A stretch of 64,000 nucleotides of DNA from NCBI RefSeq assembly GCF_036321535.1, contig NC_087437.1:50656001-50720000 (forward strand), read 5' to 3'. Under the pieces are notes generated by a model that made no database searches, was not told the DNA's origin, and saw only the letters and a list, made by a program, of their open reading frames with translations. Origin of the DNA: Camelus dromedarius. Taxonomy: Eukaryota. Shown in pieces: positions 52,700 to 64,000 of this stretch (position 1 is its first letter; each line of letters opens with the position of its first letter). The translations under genes and the position numbers were made by a program.

Positions 52700-52850
52700 T
52701 AACCCCATATCTCAGTGCCTCAGTTTCTTCTTCAGCAAAATAGGGAGATCATTTCTCCCTCAGAGGTTGTTGTGAGGCTTAGAGAGTCACTATACGTGTA
52801 AAGCACTCAGAACAGAGCCTGGCGCACGGGAAACACACCATGTTAGTAAC
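52700..52850. mobile_element. MIR SINE
   Basis: gtgcctcagtttcttc...cagaggttgttgtgagg...gtaaagcactcagaacagagcctggc. Confidence 0.7.
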
Positions 52851-55800
52851 TGCTGCAAGACTGGGCAGAAGGAGAAGTTTGTTTCTTAAGTAGGCAAGAA
52901 CAAAACTGACAAGAGTTGTATTTTAAAGAGCAAGCAGCCTTGTCAACCCAAACAAATGTAACTCAAGAATGAATACAGAAGGCCAAACTTAGAAAAGCAA
53001 ATGTTTGACTTCTCTGAGACCCTCTTTATATTTCAGCTTTTCTGTTGGTTTCACATTCTATATCATCAAACTGGTCACTGAGAAATTTTAGTAACTTTTA
53101 ATATAACTCTTCTGAAATATAATAATACCCTAATCCCTGTGCCACTGTTTCCTTAGTGTTTATCTTTACAAAGGGCTTGTCTTTACTTGTTTGTTCATTT
53201 GGTATTTCCTTGTCTTTATTTTTCCCATAACCAGCAAACAGAAATCAACACCCATCTTTAACTTCGAAAGAACCATATAACTTAGTTTATATAGGTGTCA
53301 CACCATATATTTTATAACCAGTTTTTCCCATTGTCACACATCGATGCTCGCTAAGTTGGAATTTAAAGTCTCTGGACTAACACTGAATCAAGAACTATCT
53401 CTCTAATGTATTCTTTGTGGAGGGATAACAATTTCAAATGGCTTCTAATCTTTGCCCATGGCTTGAGCTAAAGTTTCATAGCTAGTCACAGCCACAAAAA
53501 CAATGAATGACAACTGTTGGGTGGAATTTGTCCTTTTTTATAGTCTTATATTGGAAACACTCAAATTTGATTAAAGAATAAAATAAAATTGAGAGAATAT
53601 CTAATTTTTCACACTCAAAATACAAGTTATAAATGCACATTTCAGGTTGCTTCCTTCCTTCTTGAGCAAATAGAAAGGGAATCAGCACTAAGGAGTAAAC
53701 AGTTGTGTTTCTCACCACCAATTTACTACAACTAATTTAAAAGGGAAAAAAATCTATGCAGATCAAATTATAGCCTTTCCAGTACATTCAGGTCTTTTTA
53801 TACCTGATTTCTCTTAACAGAGCAATTTGGGTCCTGAGTATTGGCCCTAGCTATAGTTAATACAGAATAGATGATCAGAAAAAGCCAGGAAAAAAAATAC
53901 TTGAAATGTAGAACAAAATACAACACAAAGATAGGAGAGAGAATATTATCTTTCCTTTGAGTTATGCCTGGAAAGGAACCAAATACTGTGTCTTACATGG
54001 GGCTTTAAGTCATGCAAATTTAAATGTAAAAGTATAAAGTAATGAGGCTTTTTAAAAAAATCTGTGACTTACTAGAGGGGCATCATTAGTTTATAGTCAT
54101 TCTTTCATCACTTTTGAATATTGTGCCCCAAATGAGTGCCTCACTTGCCTCTCCCTCACCCAGACCTTGCCGGTCAGTGTGTCTACAGAGGGAGCGGAGA
54201 GAGTTGGCCAGCCTGGGGAATTCCTGAAGAGGAAGCACATGCGGGGTAAGATGCTGACATGTGTGTGATGTCTTCTCCTTTCTCTGTGGGGCAGGAGATG
54301 AAGTCATCAGCTAAGTGAGGAGGACAGGCCTTGGGCAGGGGGGAGATTTAGCATGGCTGGTGAAGAGCCTGGGAGAGGGAGCAGGTCCAGGACAAGTGGA
54401 GGCCCGTCACTCAGCACCAAGGACTCTGCTCACAGCTGGATATCACCATGTGTACTGATGCTGTCTGCCTGTGACCTAGGCTTCCTGACAGCCCTGGAAG
54501 TGTTGTAGGAGTCTAGAGGGAGGGAATGACCCACAGTCTGGGGTTGCTGGGGTGGAAGGATGGGAACCAGGGAGAGGAGGGCAGAGGTGCCAGGTGATTC
54601 TGCATCTGAGACAGGGAGGTGGGTAGAGGAAAGGTCAGGGCACTGCTGGGTGGACAGGGGTGTTAGGGGGCAGGTCGCAGGTGTGCAGAGCATTCTGGAT
54701 GAATATTTAGAGGTTGTGATTGAAAAGGGAGTGGACTGGAATTTGAAATTTCAGAGGAAATGCAGTTCTAAGTGATGCCACATAAATGACTTTCTTGATG
54801 TAAGTTGTCTTGAGTGTGTGGGAGGGAACGTGAACAAAATGGCATACACACCATAAAACAAGGGTTCCTGAGACTTCTGAGTGTTGTACGTCTACTAAGC
54901 AAGATGTAGAAATATAGTTTCCCTCAGGTTAGAAGTTGTTCATATATTACAACAATGGCCAGAAACAGTGGTCAAGAAACATATGGATAGACACAAAAAT
55001 ATGTGCATTTTGAATTCAAACCTGCTGGCTTTCTCTAGTCAACACAACTCAGCCTTCAGCTCCAGGGTTAGTGTTGCTTCTCCTCCTGGAAGATGCCTTT
55101 CCCCTCGACCTGGCCCCCACCTTGAGATCCCCGTGCTCCCAGCACAGCCCTCACTCTTTACGCCACATCTGTCTTCCTGCTCCAGCTCCACGACGGCCTT
55201 GTCCGTCCCGCCTTCCAACTGTCTCCCTCTCCCTTTGTTACCCCATCTTAATTTTCTCATAAACTATCCCTTTAAGATAATTCCTTTTTTCTTTGCCTCC
55301 TCCCTCTTCTCCTCCCCCTGAGTTTACTGTTCCTCCAGGCCTCTCTGTTCACCTCCCCCCACCGCCCCCAACCCAGAGTGTTCACAGCAGCTCTGCTCAG
55401 GGTGCCCACCGGACCTTCAGTTCCATCTGCCTTCAGTGTCAGCTCACCCACTGCACTTCCCCACCTGTCATCTCTCCAACAACGCAGTCAACACAAGCCT
55501 AAAACCAGACATCTTCCCACCTAGCTCCTAACTCAGGAAACCAGTTTTCCCTCATGTGTCAGTAATGCTTGAAACTAGATTTCACACCTTTTACTCCCTG
55601 TCCCAACTGCTGGGGTTTTGTTTTTCTTGAAAGGATCTTCTTTTTCCCCTTCTGCCTTCACCACATCTGCCACTGCAGACTAGGCCCTCTGTATCTCATC
55701 CTGCTTCAGGACAAGGCCCTGATACAACTGGTGTCCTGATCTCCAGACATCCTGCATCCATCCTGTGTACCATTGCCAGATTTTTGCATAAAGCTTAATA

Positions 55801-58800
55801 AATATTGACAGGGGAGTTATCACTAAAGACAAAAATGGAAACTTCTGTGACTTGCTGCCCTAGGCACTCACTGACTTCTCTGCCTTATTTTCAAGGTTCT
55901 CCATAAAGTAGGCCCCAAACTCCCTGCTTTCAAATAGCTTGCCTGTTTCTCAACTATTTGCCGTATTGTGATACTTTCCTTTCTTGCCTGGAACAGACTG
56001 CTTGTCTTCCTGCAGCCACCTAAATCCTGTTCATCCTCAGGCCCTCCTGGTCCAGCTGTCACTGATCTCTATTCCTGGGGACACTCCTGTTGTGCTTGGA
56101 GTTGGTATTAGTGCTGACACACTGTCTGTACCTTACTGTGACATGCCCGTGGTTGTCCAGGGGAACTGTTTTCATGTGGGCACCATGAGTCTTGTCTCAA
56201 CTAGACTGTAGTTGCTTTCAGATTGGAGGCCAGAATATACAACTTCAGGAGTCCCACCATGCCTGGCATTAAGTATTTCCAAGGCAAATACTCACATACT
56301 TGTAGGATTAATTGAAACACTGGACACTGAGGTTATTTAATCTGAACTTAAAATGCAGATGTCACCATCTTGATTAAAACTTCAACATTTACAGCAGGTT
56401 TTGCATAATATTTTAGGATCACAAAAGTAGACTCAACAAAGAAATGAGTTGACAGCAGAAGTGAAGTAGAAAAAAATCAGGGGTCATTTAAGGAAACTTG
56501 TAGCCTCTAGATGCACTAACTTTTTTTTTTTCCTGCAAGTTTAAAGAGCTCTCTTGGGAAGAAATATTCTTGAGTAGCTGAGGGGCACAGCTCCCAGACT
56601 GAAAAGCACTTGGGGTGGGGTCTGCCACCTTTTCTGATGTTCCTACTTGATTTCTGTTCTTATTCTTCTGACTATTTCTATTAGGAAAGAGAATAATTAG
56701 GGTATCTGTTCCTTCTTCTCAATCCAAATGGGAGCAAGCCCAAGTACTATTCCAAATATTTGCATATTTTCCTCTAAGCAGCTCTTTGTCCTGTTCTCTC
56801 CTGTAGTCTTTCCTGTTTCCTATTTTCAGCAGGCTCTGAAGTCATCTGTAATTTTTATATCATCTCAGTAACAATACTTTGATCTTTGCCCCCAATTTGC
56901 AGATTAAATCACCAATGCAGAGTGCAGGGAGGGGTGCCGGAGGTTGTATAATAAATCTGGCCCCAAACCGAGCAGCCTTGGTTCCAGCCTGTTGATTGGT
57001 TGCCCAGCCGCACTGCGGGCACAAAGGAAGCTGCACCCACAGCATTCTGTCCTGGGTGGTTGCTGAGCCCACATTCATTATTGGAATCGCTTTGTTTCCT
57101 GTAAGCCCAGCATTTTCTCTCTCCAGGTCAGGCAGGTCTGTGGGCTTCTCTGTAGCCCTCACCCCTGCACTTTGACTACAGAAGCTAGAGGATGTGCCTT
57201 AGAGAGGCGTTATGACTCCGCATTAACCAGAAGGGCGAGCCTCAATTTCCTGTGCGTGGTCTCAGCAAGGCCACAGCTGGGGCAATGTTGTTTAGTTGTA
57301 GCGAATGAATTTAGATTGTAGAGGTGCTTTTGCTTTTGGTTGGAAAAGGCCACCTAGTGACTAAGTTCACTTTGGAGGGGTTGGAGTGTTCTTTTGTTAG
57401 AAGTGGGGTACTATAAATGAGCAGTTTACCTTTCCTAGATCTGCCCCTCATCACATCAACACTACCAGGCAGATCTGGTGACGACTGACAAACGGGGGCT
57501 CAACAATTCAAGCTCTGCTGAAGGTGGAGAAACCGTAGAACTTCACACACTGTGCTGAACCTAAATGAGAACGTGGGTTGTTGGCTTTGTGACAGGTTCT
57601 TTGTCATTTTTCAGAAAATTGCTGTGACTCTTAGAGGTCATTTGGGAACGACTGAATAAATATAGGAGAATGGGGTAAATACATAGGTAGTGGGGTGGGG
57701 AGGGGATAAAATGAATGTCATGGGCTGGCTGCTAGGTTGTAGCAGCACTGTTAGCAGCAGCAACGCTCCACACGGATGAGTAATAGACCCCATTCATTGG
57801 AGAGAGACTAGGGCCTCTGTGAGTCCAGCGTACACGTGGGTGCCGGCAGAGTTGGGCTGGTGGGCTGATTGTCTAGCAAGAAGCTCATGCTTGTAAACAA
57901 CTGTGAATAGGTGCAAAGCAAGCTGCCGTGGGAGCACACTGAGTGCAGCTGCTCAGAAACGAGAAGCTAGTTTTGCCTGTGGTTCCAAAGGTTACTTTCT
58001 TTTTTGTTGCCTTCTCAGAGTCTCGTGGAATAGAAACTGCAGACTAATTTCAGTTGAGAATTTTCTTTCTTTTTTTTCATAAAAAGTTAGTATATTATAC
58101 CCTCACTTTTGTAAGCACCAGAATTCTTAAATACCTATGCTGTTGTAAAATCTGCCATTAAGAATTCTGTTATTTTGCATAAAGCGTCCGGTTCCTTCAC
58201 TGCGTATCATGGAGGAGCAGAAGAGGCTATCGGCCTTCATAGGTAGGCCTTATGTAACTGGGCACTGTTAAGACTGAGAGGAAGTGCCCTCCCCCACCAG
58301 TGATAGTGACTTTCAAAGTTTAGGCAGAAGCCACCATCAGAAACGGATGTGTCCTGCTGTCTCTTACCCTTCTCTGGAGCATTTGGTCCACCATGACCAG
58401 CCAAACCACAGGGGAAATTACTGATATTGATCAAGCCCTTAGAATAGTATTCATTACTTTCTTGATTATAAAGCACTATAAAAATGCATTTTACAACTCG
58501 AAAGGTAAAAGCTTAAAGTTTCACAAATGGTAGTTAAATTTACTATTTTCAGTGCACTGTACCATCCTCTATTCTTCTCTTTTTCTTTTCTGTTTTTAAA
58601 ATGCTGTTTGTGGCTTTCTAAGTGGTGCTAGCCATTTTAAAATCTATAATCTTGGGGATAAGATGTTACCTGTGCTAATTATCTCTAGATAAAGTCTCGT
58701 GGCGCCTGGCTCTAATCTGCTTTCGCTGGACTTTTCACATGCTTAGCTTTGGCAGTTATCACCCTAATGTGGAGTAATCGTGGGGGATGGGAAGTACAGC

Positions 58801-60837
58801 TGGATGTAAAAGGCCTGAAGTCAGGAAGGACGTCCCACAGCCAAGGTTAGGCTGGTACAGTTGGCTTTATATTGGGGCAAAGAGTGGGGAATTTGAGGAT
58901 GAGACCTTTGGGCACAAAAGTAGAGCCCTTTCCCTGGGGCTTGTGATGTAGATTTGGCTACTTAGCCAGCCTGGACAGCCTAGAGCCTGTCAGTGTGCTG
59001 AAAGCCCAGGAGACTGATCTGTCAACCCTGAGAGGAGAGCCTGCTTCTCCAGGCAAAAGGATGTGTCTTACTTGTGGTAAGAGATGGGGACAGAGTCTTC
59101 GACGAAGGGAGGTGCTATCTCCTAGTGGTGGCAGGAAAGGGAGGACATGGGGGCAAGCAGTGGTGGCAGGGGCCTCATCTGAGGTGGTGGTACCTGGCTG
59201 GGCTTCCTGACCCCCAGTTCTTCCCAAGTGACCAGCTGTTTGAGTGAAAGGTGGCTCCACCCCCAGCATGGTTCTTTGCACCGATATTCAGAGAACCCCT
59301 GCTAGGTGTTAGGTGCTGGCATGGATGCTGAGGAGGTAGGGGATCTACGACAAGGCATCTACCTTGTGCCTCGGGTCAGAGTTCACAATGTTATCAGGGA
59401 GGCAGTTAAAAAGTCTCAGTACAAGAAGATGGATGTAAGAAGGTGCTGTGGCAATACAGATAAGAGCAGGGGGTGGGGGAGCCCAGTTCAGACTTCCCAG
59501 AGGAGGATGCCTATAGAATTTGGTCAGCATTAGTAGACTTCACATCAGCAAGGGGAGTGCCAGGCCCTGGGAGTGCTGGTGCAAAGGCTGGCGTGTATGA
59601 AGTAGCAAGTGAGTCTGAGCTTTCAGCCAACACTTTGGTTTTGTCAATGGGTGGAGAGCATCTGAGGGGTTTAAAGAGCTCAGTTAGTCTCATGTTTACA
59701 TGTGAGTTTTAGAAAGGTCACTCTGACCATGAAGTAGAGGATGGGTTGGCCAGGGATCATTTGCTCTGCTGCACTGGTCTGGGTGAGAAGTCATGATGAC
59801 ATGAAAGGGTGAAGAGAGGTTTAGAAGAAGCAATTCACAGGATTAAATAACTAGATATGGACGTGGAGGGAAAAGAGGACTTTCAGATCTCCGGCATAGA
59901 CACATGAAGTACAGTCAGACACAAAGAGAAAATAAAAACAGCAGGTTTTAGGGGAGAAGACAGTAGAATGGGTTGGAAATGGATATTTGATTTCCCTTAT
60001 ATGCCAGGAAATTATTACTCATCTACCTTCCTCTCTCTGTGTATCTGTGTATGTTCCCATTTTACCTGCATGAAAACTACTAGTTAAGCAGTATTATTAG
60101 AATTTTTTAGATTTCTGGGTTTGATGCAGGATACAGTGCTGAGCCAACTCTGATGTTCAAATTGCCTGACTACAAAGACAGTGCCTGTGGCTACAATCCT
60201 GTGGCTTCCCAGTTTTGAAGAACATTTGGGGTACTTTCTGAGATTCCGAATAGAAAAGTACAGAAAGAAGATGACTGTACAGATTGGGGGCTCACAAAAG
60301 TCACTTTGGTTAGAGAAAGTTTGGACTATGCTTTTGAGAAGCATACATCAACTCCTTGACATGAACCTTGATTTGGGGGGAAAAATCTTACTCCTATTCC
60401 TGCCTTGTCTGTAGCAAAATTTAATGGATTTTTACTATTATGAACTTTCTTTACAGTCAGTACTTTGCCTTGAACTATATAGCTGCTTTCATCCTGACCA
60501 TATTCCAAGTCAATATATTAATGGATATACTTATCTGAGATATTTGAACATTAAGTATATAAGATGATAGCCATTTTGAAGCCTTTTTTTTTTTAAAAGG
60601 TTGAGAAGAGAAAAAGGTCTTTGTATTCTGAATGGCAAGATGGTAGAGGATAGTTCTCCCCCTTTCCCTGGACTTCCCTGAAACATTAAACAGCTGTATA
60701 CCTCTACTAAATACTAGCTACCTTGTCACCTGTTGTCCAGATCAGTCAGGTTACATTTAGTTCGGAAGGAATTAAGCATAGTTTGTGTCTTTCTGATAAC
60801 TCAATAACCTGTTCACTTGTCATCTTTTCTCTTCCAG

Positions 60838-61149
60838 GGTCTAATAGGTTGCACTTAACTTTCACAAAAAGGAGCACACGGAATAGCGGCAGGAGGCCAA
60901 TTCCCGAACTAAATGAAAGATGTCAGAGTAGGAGCGTTCTGATGTGCTAGCGTCCTCACGCTCCTGTGTGTTCCAGCCTTTCGCCATCTCTGAAAAAATG
61001 GTATTAAAAGGAAATATTCTGTAAAATAAGAAGCTCCTTTTACATTAGTAATGACCAACATGGACGTCTGTTCTATAGAAGACAAAGCTCTATGGTCTTG
61101 AAGAAGCAGGTGGCCATTTAAAACTGACTCTAAATAAAAACAGACCTGA
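60838..61149 (+). other. B3GNT5: B3GNT5 coding exon, 5' UTR portion
   Basis: Strong acceptor catcttttctcttccAG (AG at 60836-60837) about 310 nt upstream of the ATG, consistent with the recalled two-exon B3GNT5 structure. Confidence 0.75.
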
Positions 61150-62295
61150 ATGGACATCAGAATGTTTGTTAGTGGCAGGAGAGTAAAAAAATGGCAGTTT
61201 ATTCAGTTATTTGCCACTTGTTTTGTACTAAGCCTCATGTTCTTTTGGGGACCCATCAATAATAACATCGTGAGCCATATGAAGTCCTACTCTTACAGAT
61301 ACCTCAAAAATAGCTATGAATTTGTGAATGATACCCTGTCTCTTAAGCGCAGTGGGGAAGGGGTTCCTCGCTACCAATACTTGATTAACCACAAGGAAAA
61401 GTGTCAAGCACAAGATATCCTGCTCTTACTGTTAATAAAGACTGCTCCTGAAAACTACCATCGACGTTCTGCCATTAGGGAAACGTGGGGAAACGAGAAG
61501 TACGTTCGGTCTCAACTGAATGCCAACATCAAAACTCTGTTTGCCTTAGGAACACCTTCTAACCCACAGACAAGAGAAAGACTGCAGAGAAGACTGGTTT
61601 GGGAAGACCAGATGTACAATGATATAATTCAGCAAGACTTTGCTGATTCATTCTATAATCTTACTCTTAAATTCCTTCTGCAGTTCAGTTGGGCAAATAG
61701 CTTTTGTCCACATGCCAAATTCCTTATGACTGCTGATGATGACATATTTATTCACATGCCAAATCTTATTGAATACCTTCAAAGTTTAGAACAAATTGGT
61801 GTTCAAGACCTCTGGATTGGTCGTGTTCATCGTGGCGCCCCTCCTGTTAGAGACAAAAGCAGCAAGTACTATGTCTCCTATGAAATGTACCAGTGGCCAG
61901 CTTACCCTGACTATACCGCTGGAGCTGCCTATGTGATCTCTGGTGATGTAGCCGCCAAAGTCTATGAAGCATCACAGACACTTAACTCCAGTCTTTACAT
62001 AGACGATGTGTTCATGGGCCTCTGTGCCAATAAAATAGGGCTAGTACCACAACACCATGTGTTTTTCTCTGGGGAAGGTAAAACTCCTTATCATCCCTGC
62101 ATTTACGATAAAATGATGACCTCTCACGGGCATGTAGAAGACCTTCAGGACCTTTGGAAGGATGCCACAGACCCGAAAGTAAAAACAGTTTCAAAAGGTT
62201 TTTGGGGGCAAATATACTGCAGAATAATTAAGATAGTTCTCCTTTGCAAATTGTCCTATATGGATACGTATCCTTGTAGGGCTGCCTTTGCCTAA
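61150..62295 (+). CDS. B3GNT5: Lactosylceramide 1,3-N-acetyl-beta-D-glucosaminyltransferase (Lc3 synthase, GT31 family); single coding exon
   Basis: 381-aa ORF. N-terminus [21 protein letters not shown] is followed by a type II TM segment. Contains GT31 motifs [29 protein letters not shown] (DxD), [10 protein letters not shown] and IDDVFMG, and ends [10 protein letters not shown]. The true start may be 61150 or 61162. Confidence 0.97.
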   Translation: MDIRMFVSGRRVKKWQFIQLFATCFVLSLMFFWGPINNNIVSHMKSYSYRYLKNSYEFVNDTLSLKRSGEGVPRYQYLINHKEKCQAQDILLLLLIKTAPENYHRRSAIRETWGNEKYVRSQLNANIKTLFALGTPSNPQTRERLQRRLVWEDQMYNDIIQQDFADSFYNLTLKFLLQFSWANSFCPHAKFLMTADDDIFIHMPNLIEYLQSLEQIGVQDLWIGRVHRGAPPVRDKSSKYYVSYEMYQWPAYPDYTAGAAYVISGDVAAKVYEASQTLNSSLYIDDVFMGLCANKIGLVPQHHVFFSGEGKTPYHPCIYDKMMTSHGHVEDLQDLWKDATDPKVKTVSKGFWGQIYCRIIKIVLLCKLSYMDTYPCRAAFA

Positions 62296-64000
62296 TAGTA
62301 CTTGAATGTTGTATGTTTTCACTGTCACTGAGCCAGTCCTGGATGAAAAACCTTTAAATGTTTGTCTGTACCATAAGTGAAATGAATACAAAAAACAAAG
62401 AAATATTTTGAAAGCCCAGTCTATCAGAATGTTTCTTTGGTTCTTCTAGGTGCCCTTCAACATAACTTATCTACTTCATTGCCTAAATTCATTTCAAGGA
62501 ACTTACATTTAGACAAGGTTTATGAAAACAAAACTAAAGGGAATTTCAAGTTCTCTGACCCATAAGTATATGTGAGGTGTAGAGAAATTATTTAGGTGCC
62601 TTTGTGTCAGAATAACTGTTTTTGGAAAAATGCCAAGTAAATGGATAGTATAACATCTCAAAGAAATGAATATATTATTTGATCAGGTATACAAGTTTAT
62701 TTTTAGTAAAGAGCACTTGATGGAGTTGATGGGGGCAGGGGAAGATTGGCATAGAAGACAGTACATGAATCTGATAAAAGAAAGTCTCCCTTTCTTCAAA
62801 GGAGATTTAGGAAAATGTACTCAATTTCTTGATAAACCACCATATCACCCGTTGTCCAGCCATGTAGCTATTTTACCTAGACAGTGTTGGAGTCATTTAA
62901 AATATATTTTTTTTTCCAAAGTTTAATGTGAAATTTGAAAAGTCATTATCTCTACCCTAACTGGTACTTTATTATGGGCTTTTAATTATTAGAAAATGAC
63001 ACAAAACACGGGCAGTTTATTATCCAAAGGGTCCTTCTCTAGGGAGAAATTCCTGTTAATTCATATAAGCTAATTTTAATTTCATGAGTTTTTCAACTGG
63101 TTTTTAAATAATCAATATCAGTCTGTTTTTAAGGCAGCTATTTAAATGTAGTTTGCATAGAGGAGTAAAATAATGAAGAATTCAAAAGGAAAGACAGAAG
63201 ATTAAAAGCCTCTTTTCTTCATAATTTATAAAATAAAATTTTTAATGTCTAAATTATTGTATTGATTACTAAAATTAGCACACCCCTCTGCAATAAAGTC
63301 TCATAAACTACAGTACTTTGTTCTAAGTTGAGACTTTAAAATTGAGAGTATTAAACATCAAATCAAAACTAGTGTCTAAAAAAAAATCTGTTCTTTCATA
63401 AAAATGACTATCAGAGGTGATCCTCAACTTATAAATATTTCAAACTTGAAGCAGAATGAAAGTGATAGAAAAGTTACCAGATAGAGGCTTAAAAATATTT
63501 GCAAAGCTGCACGTTCCTTGTAATCAAAGAGATGTGACTAAGATCCAATAGAGCAAGTTATATTTATTTTACAAAGCAGAATAAAAATGTGACCATGATG
63601 CAAACAACCTCCCCTCACAGAAAGAACTAGGTGAAGTGTATTGTTAGAGAGGTTATATGAAGGTCAAAATTATGACTTCAGCAAAAGCAGTTGAACGGAT
63701 TATAAAACCTTTGTATGCAGAGGCGCCTGTTAGGGAAAACTAAGATGTCTCACTTGGTAAGATGATGTCTGAAACACACTAAATGAATAAAAAAGAATTC
63801 TCAGTATACACAACTGGATGATGATATATATAATTTTTTGCAGGTAGCTTTTTAATGTTTACAGAAGTTTTTTGTCAATTTTTTTCTATTTTGAAAACTG
63901 AAGCTTGTTTACATTGATTGCTTAGATAATTTAGAATTTTTAACTAATGTCAAAACTAAGGTGTCAAACATTCTAGTTTGTAGTTACTTTCAGAGTAGGT
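62296..64000 (+). other. B3GNT5: B3GNT5 3' UTR (AT-rich, probably continues past the window)
   Basis: Follows the stop codon with no recognisable repeats. AATAAA at 63232, 63292, 63580 and 63786; TGTTTACA at 63856 and 63906. Confidence 0.7.

Noticed and set aside
57435..57478. Inverted repeat AGATCTGCC...GGCAGATCT
   Set aside because: A ~9-11 bp stem with a 22-nt loop is too short for a miRNA hairpin and is expected by chance in 64 kb.

Overview
Mammalian genomic DNA, most likely from a camelid (camel/alpaca/llama), judged from a Vic-1-type tRNA-derived SINE and a camelid-type L1 3' end, both recognised from memory. The window holds ten coding exons of MCF2L2 on the minus strand, encoding the RhoGEF DH and PH domains. 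They have GT-AG boundaries and splice into one uninterrupted reading frame of 1025 nt. B3GNT5 (Lc3 synthase) sits nested on the plus strand inside the large upstream MCF2L2 intron, with a CpG-island promoter, non-coding first exon candidates and a single-exon CDS at 61150-62295. The rest is intron filled with L1, MaLR LTR, MIR/L2 and hAT DNA transposon relics. I found no convincing new gene system. The most notable observations are: (1) an L1-mobilised, polyadenylated ERV-LTR R-like retrocopy with TSDs, about 40 nt upstream of an MCF2L2 splice acceptor; (2) an in-frame tandem splice donor that would add 9 aa to the DH domain; (3) a CpG-dense patch built from decayed MIRs, possibly a GC-biased gene conversion scar; (4) a three-level nested L1 stack containing an internally deleted but intact-ended L1; (5) B3GNT5 regulatory features: seven upstream AUGs, an apparent start-codon shift, paired miR-30 sites and several promoters. 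Repeat subfamily names and human comparisons are from recall, not database searches.
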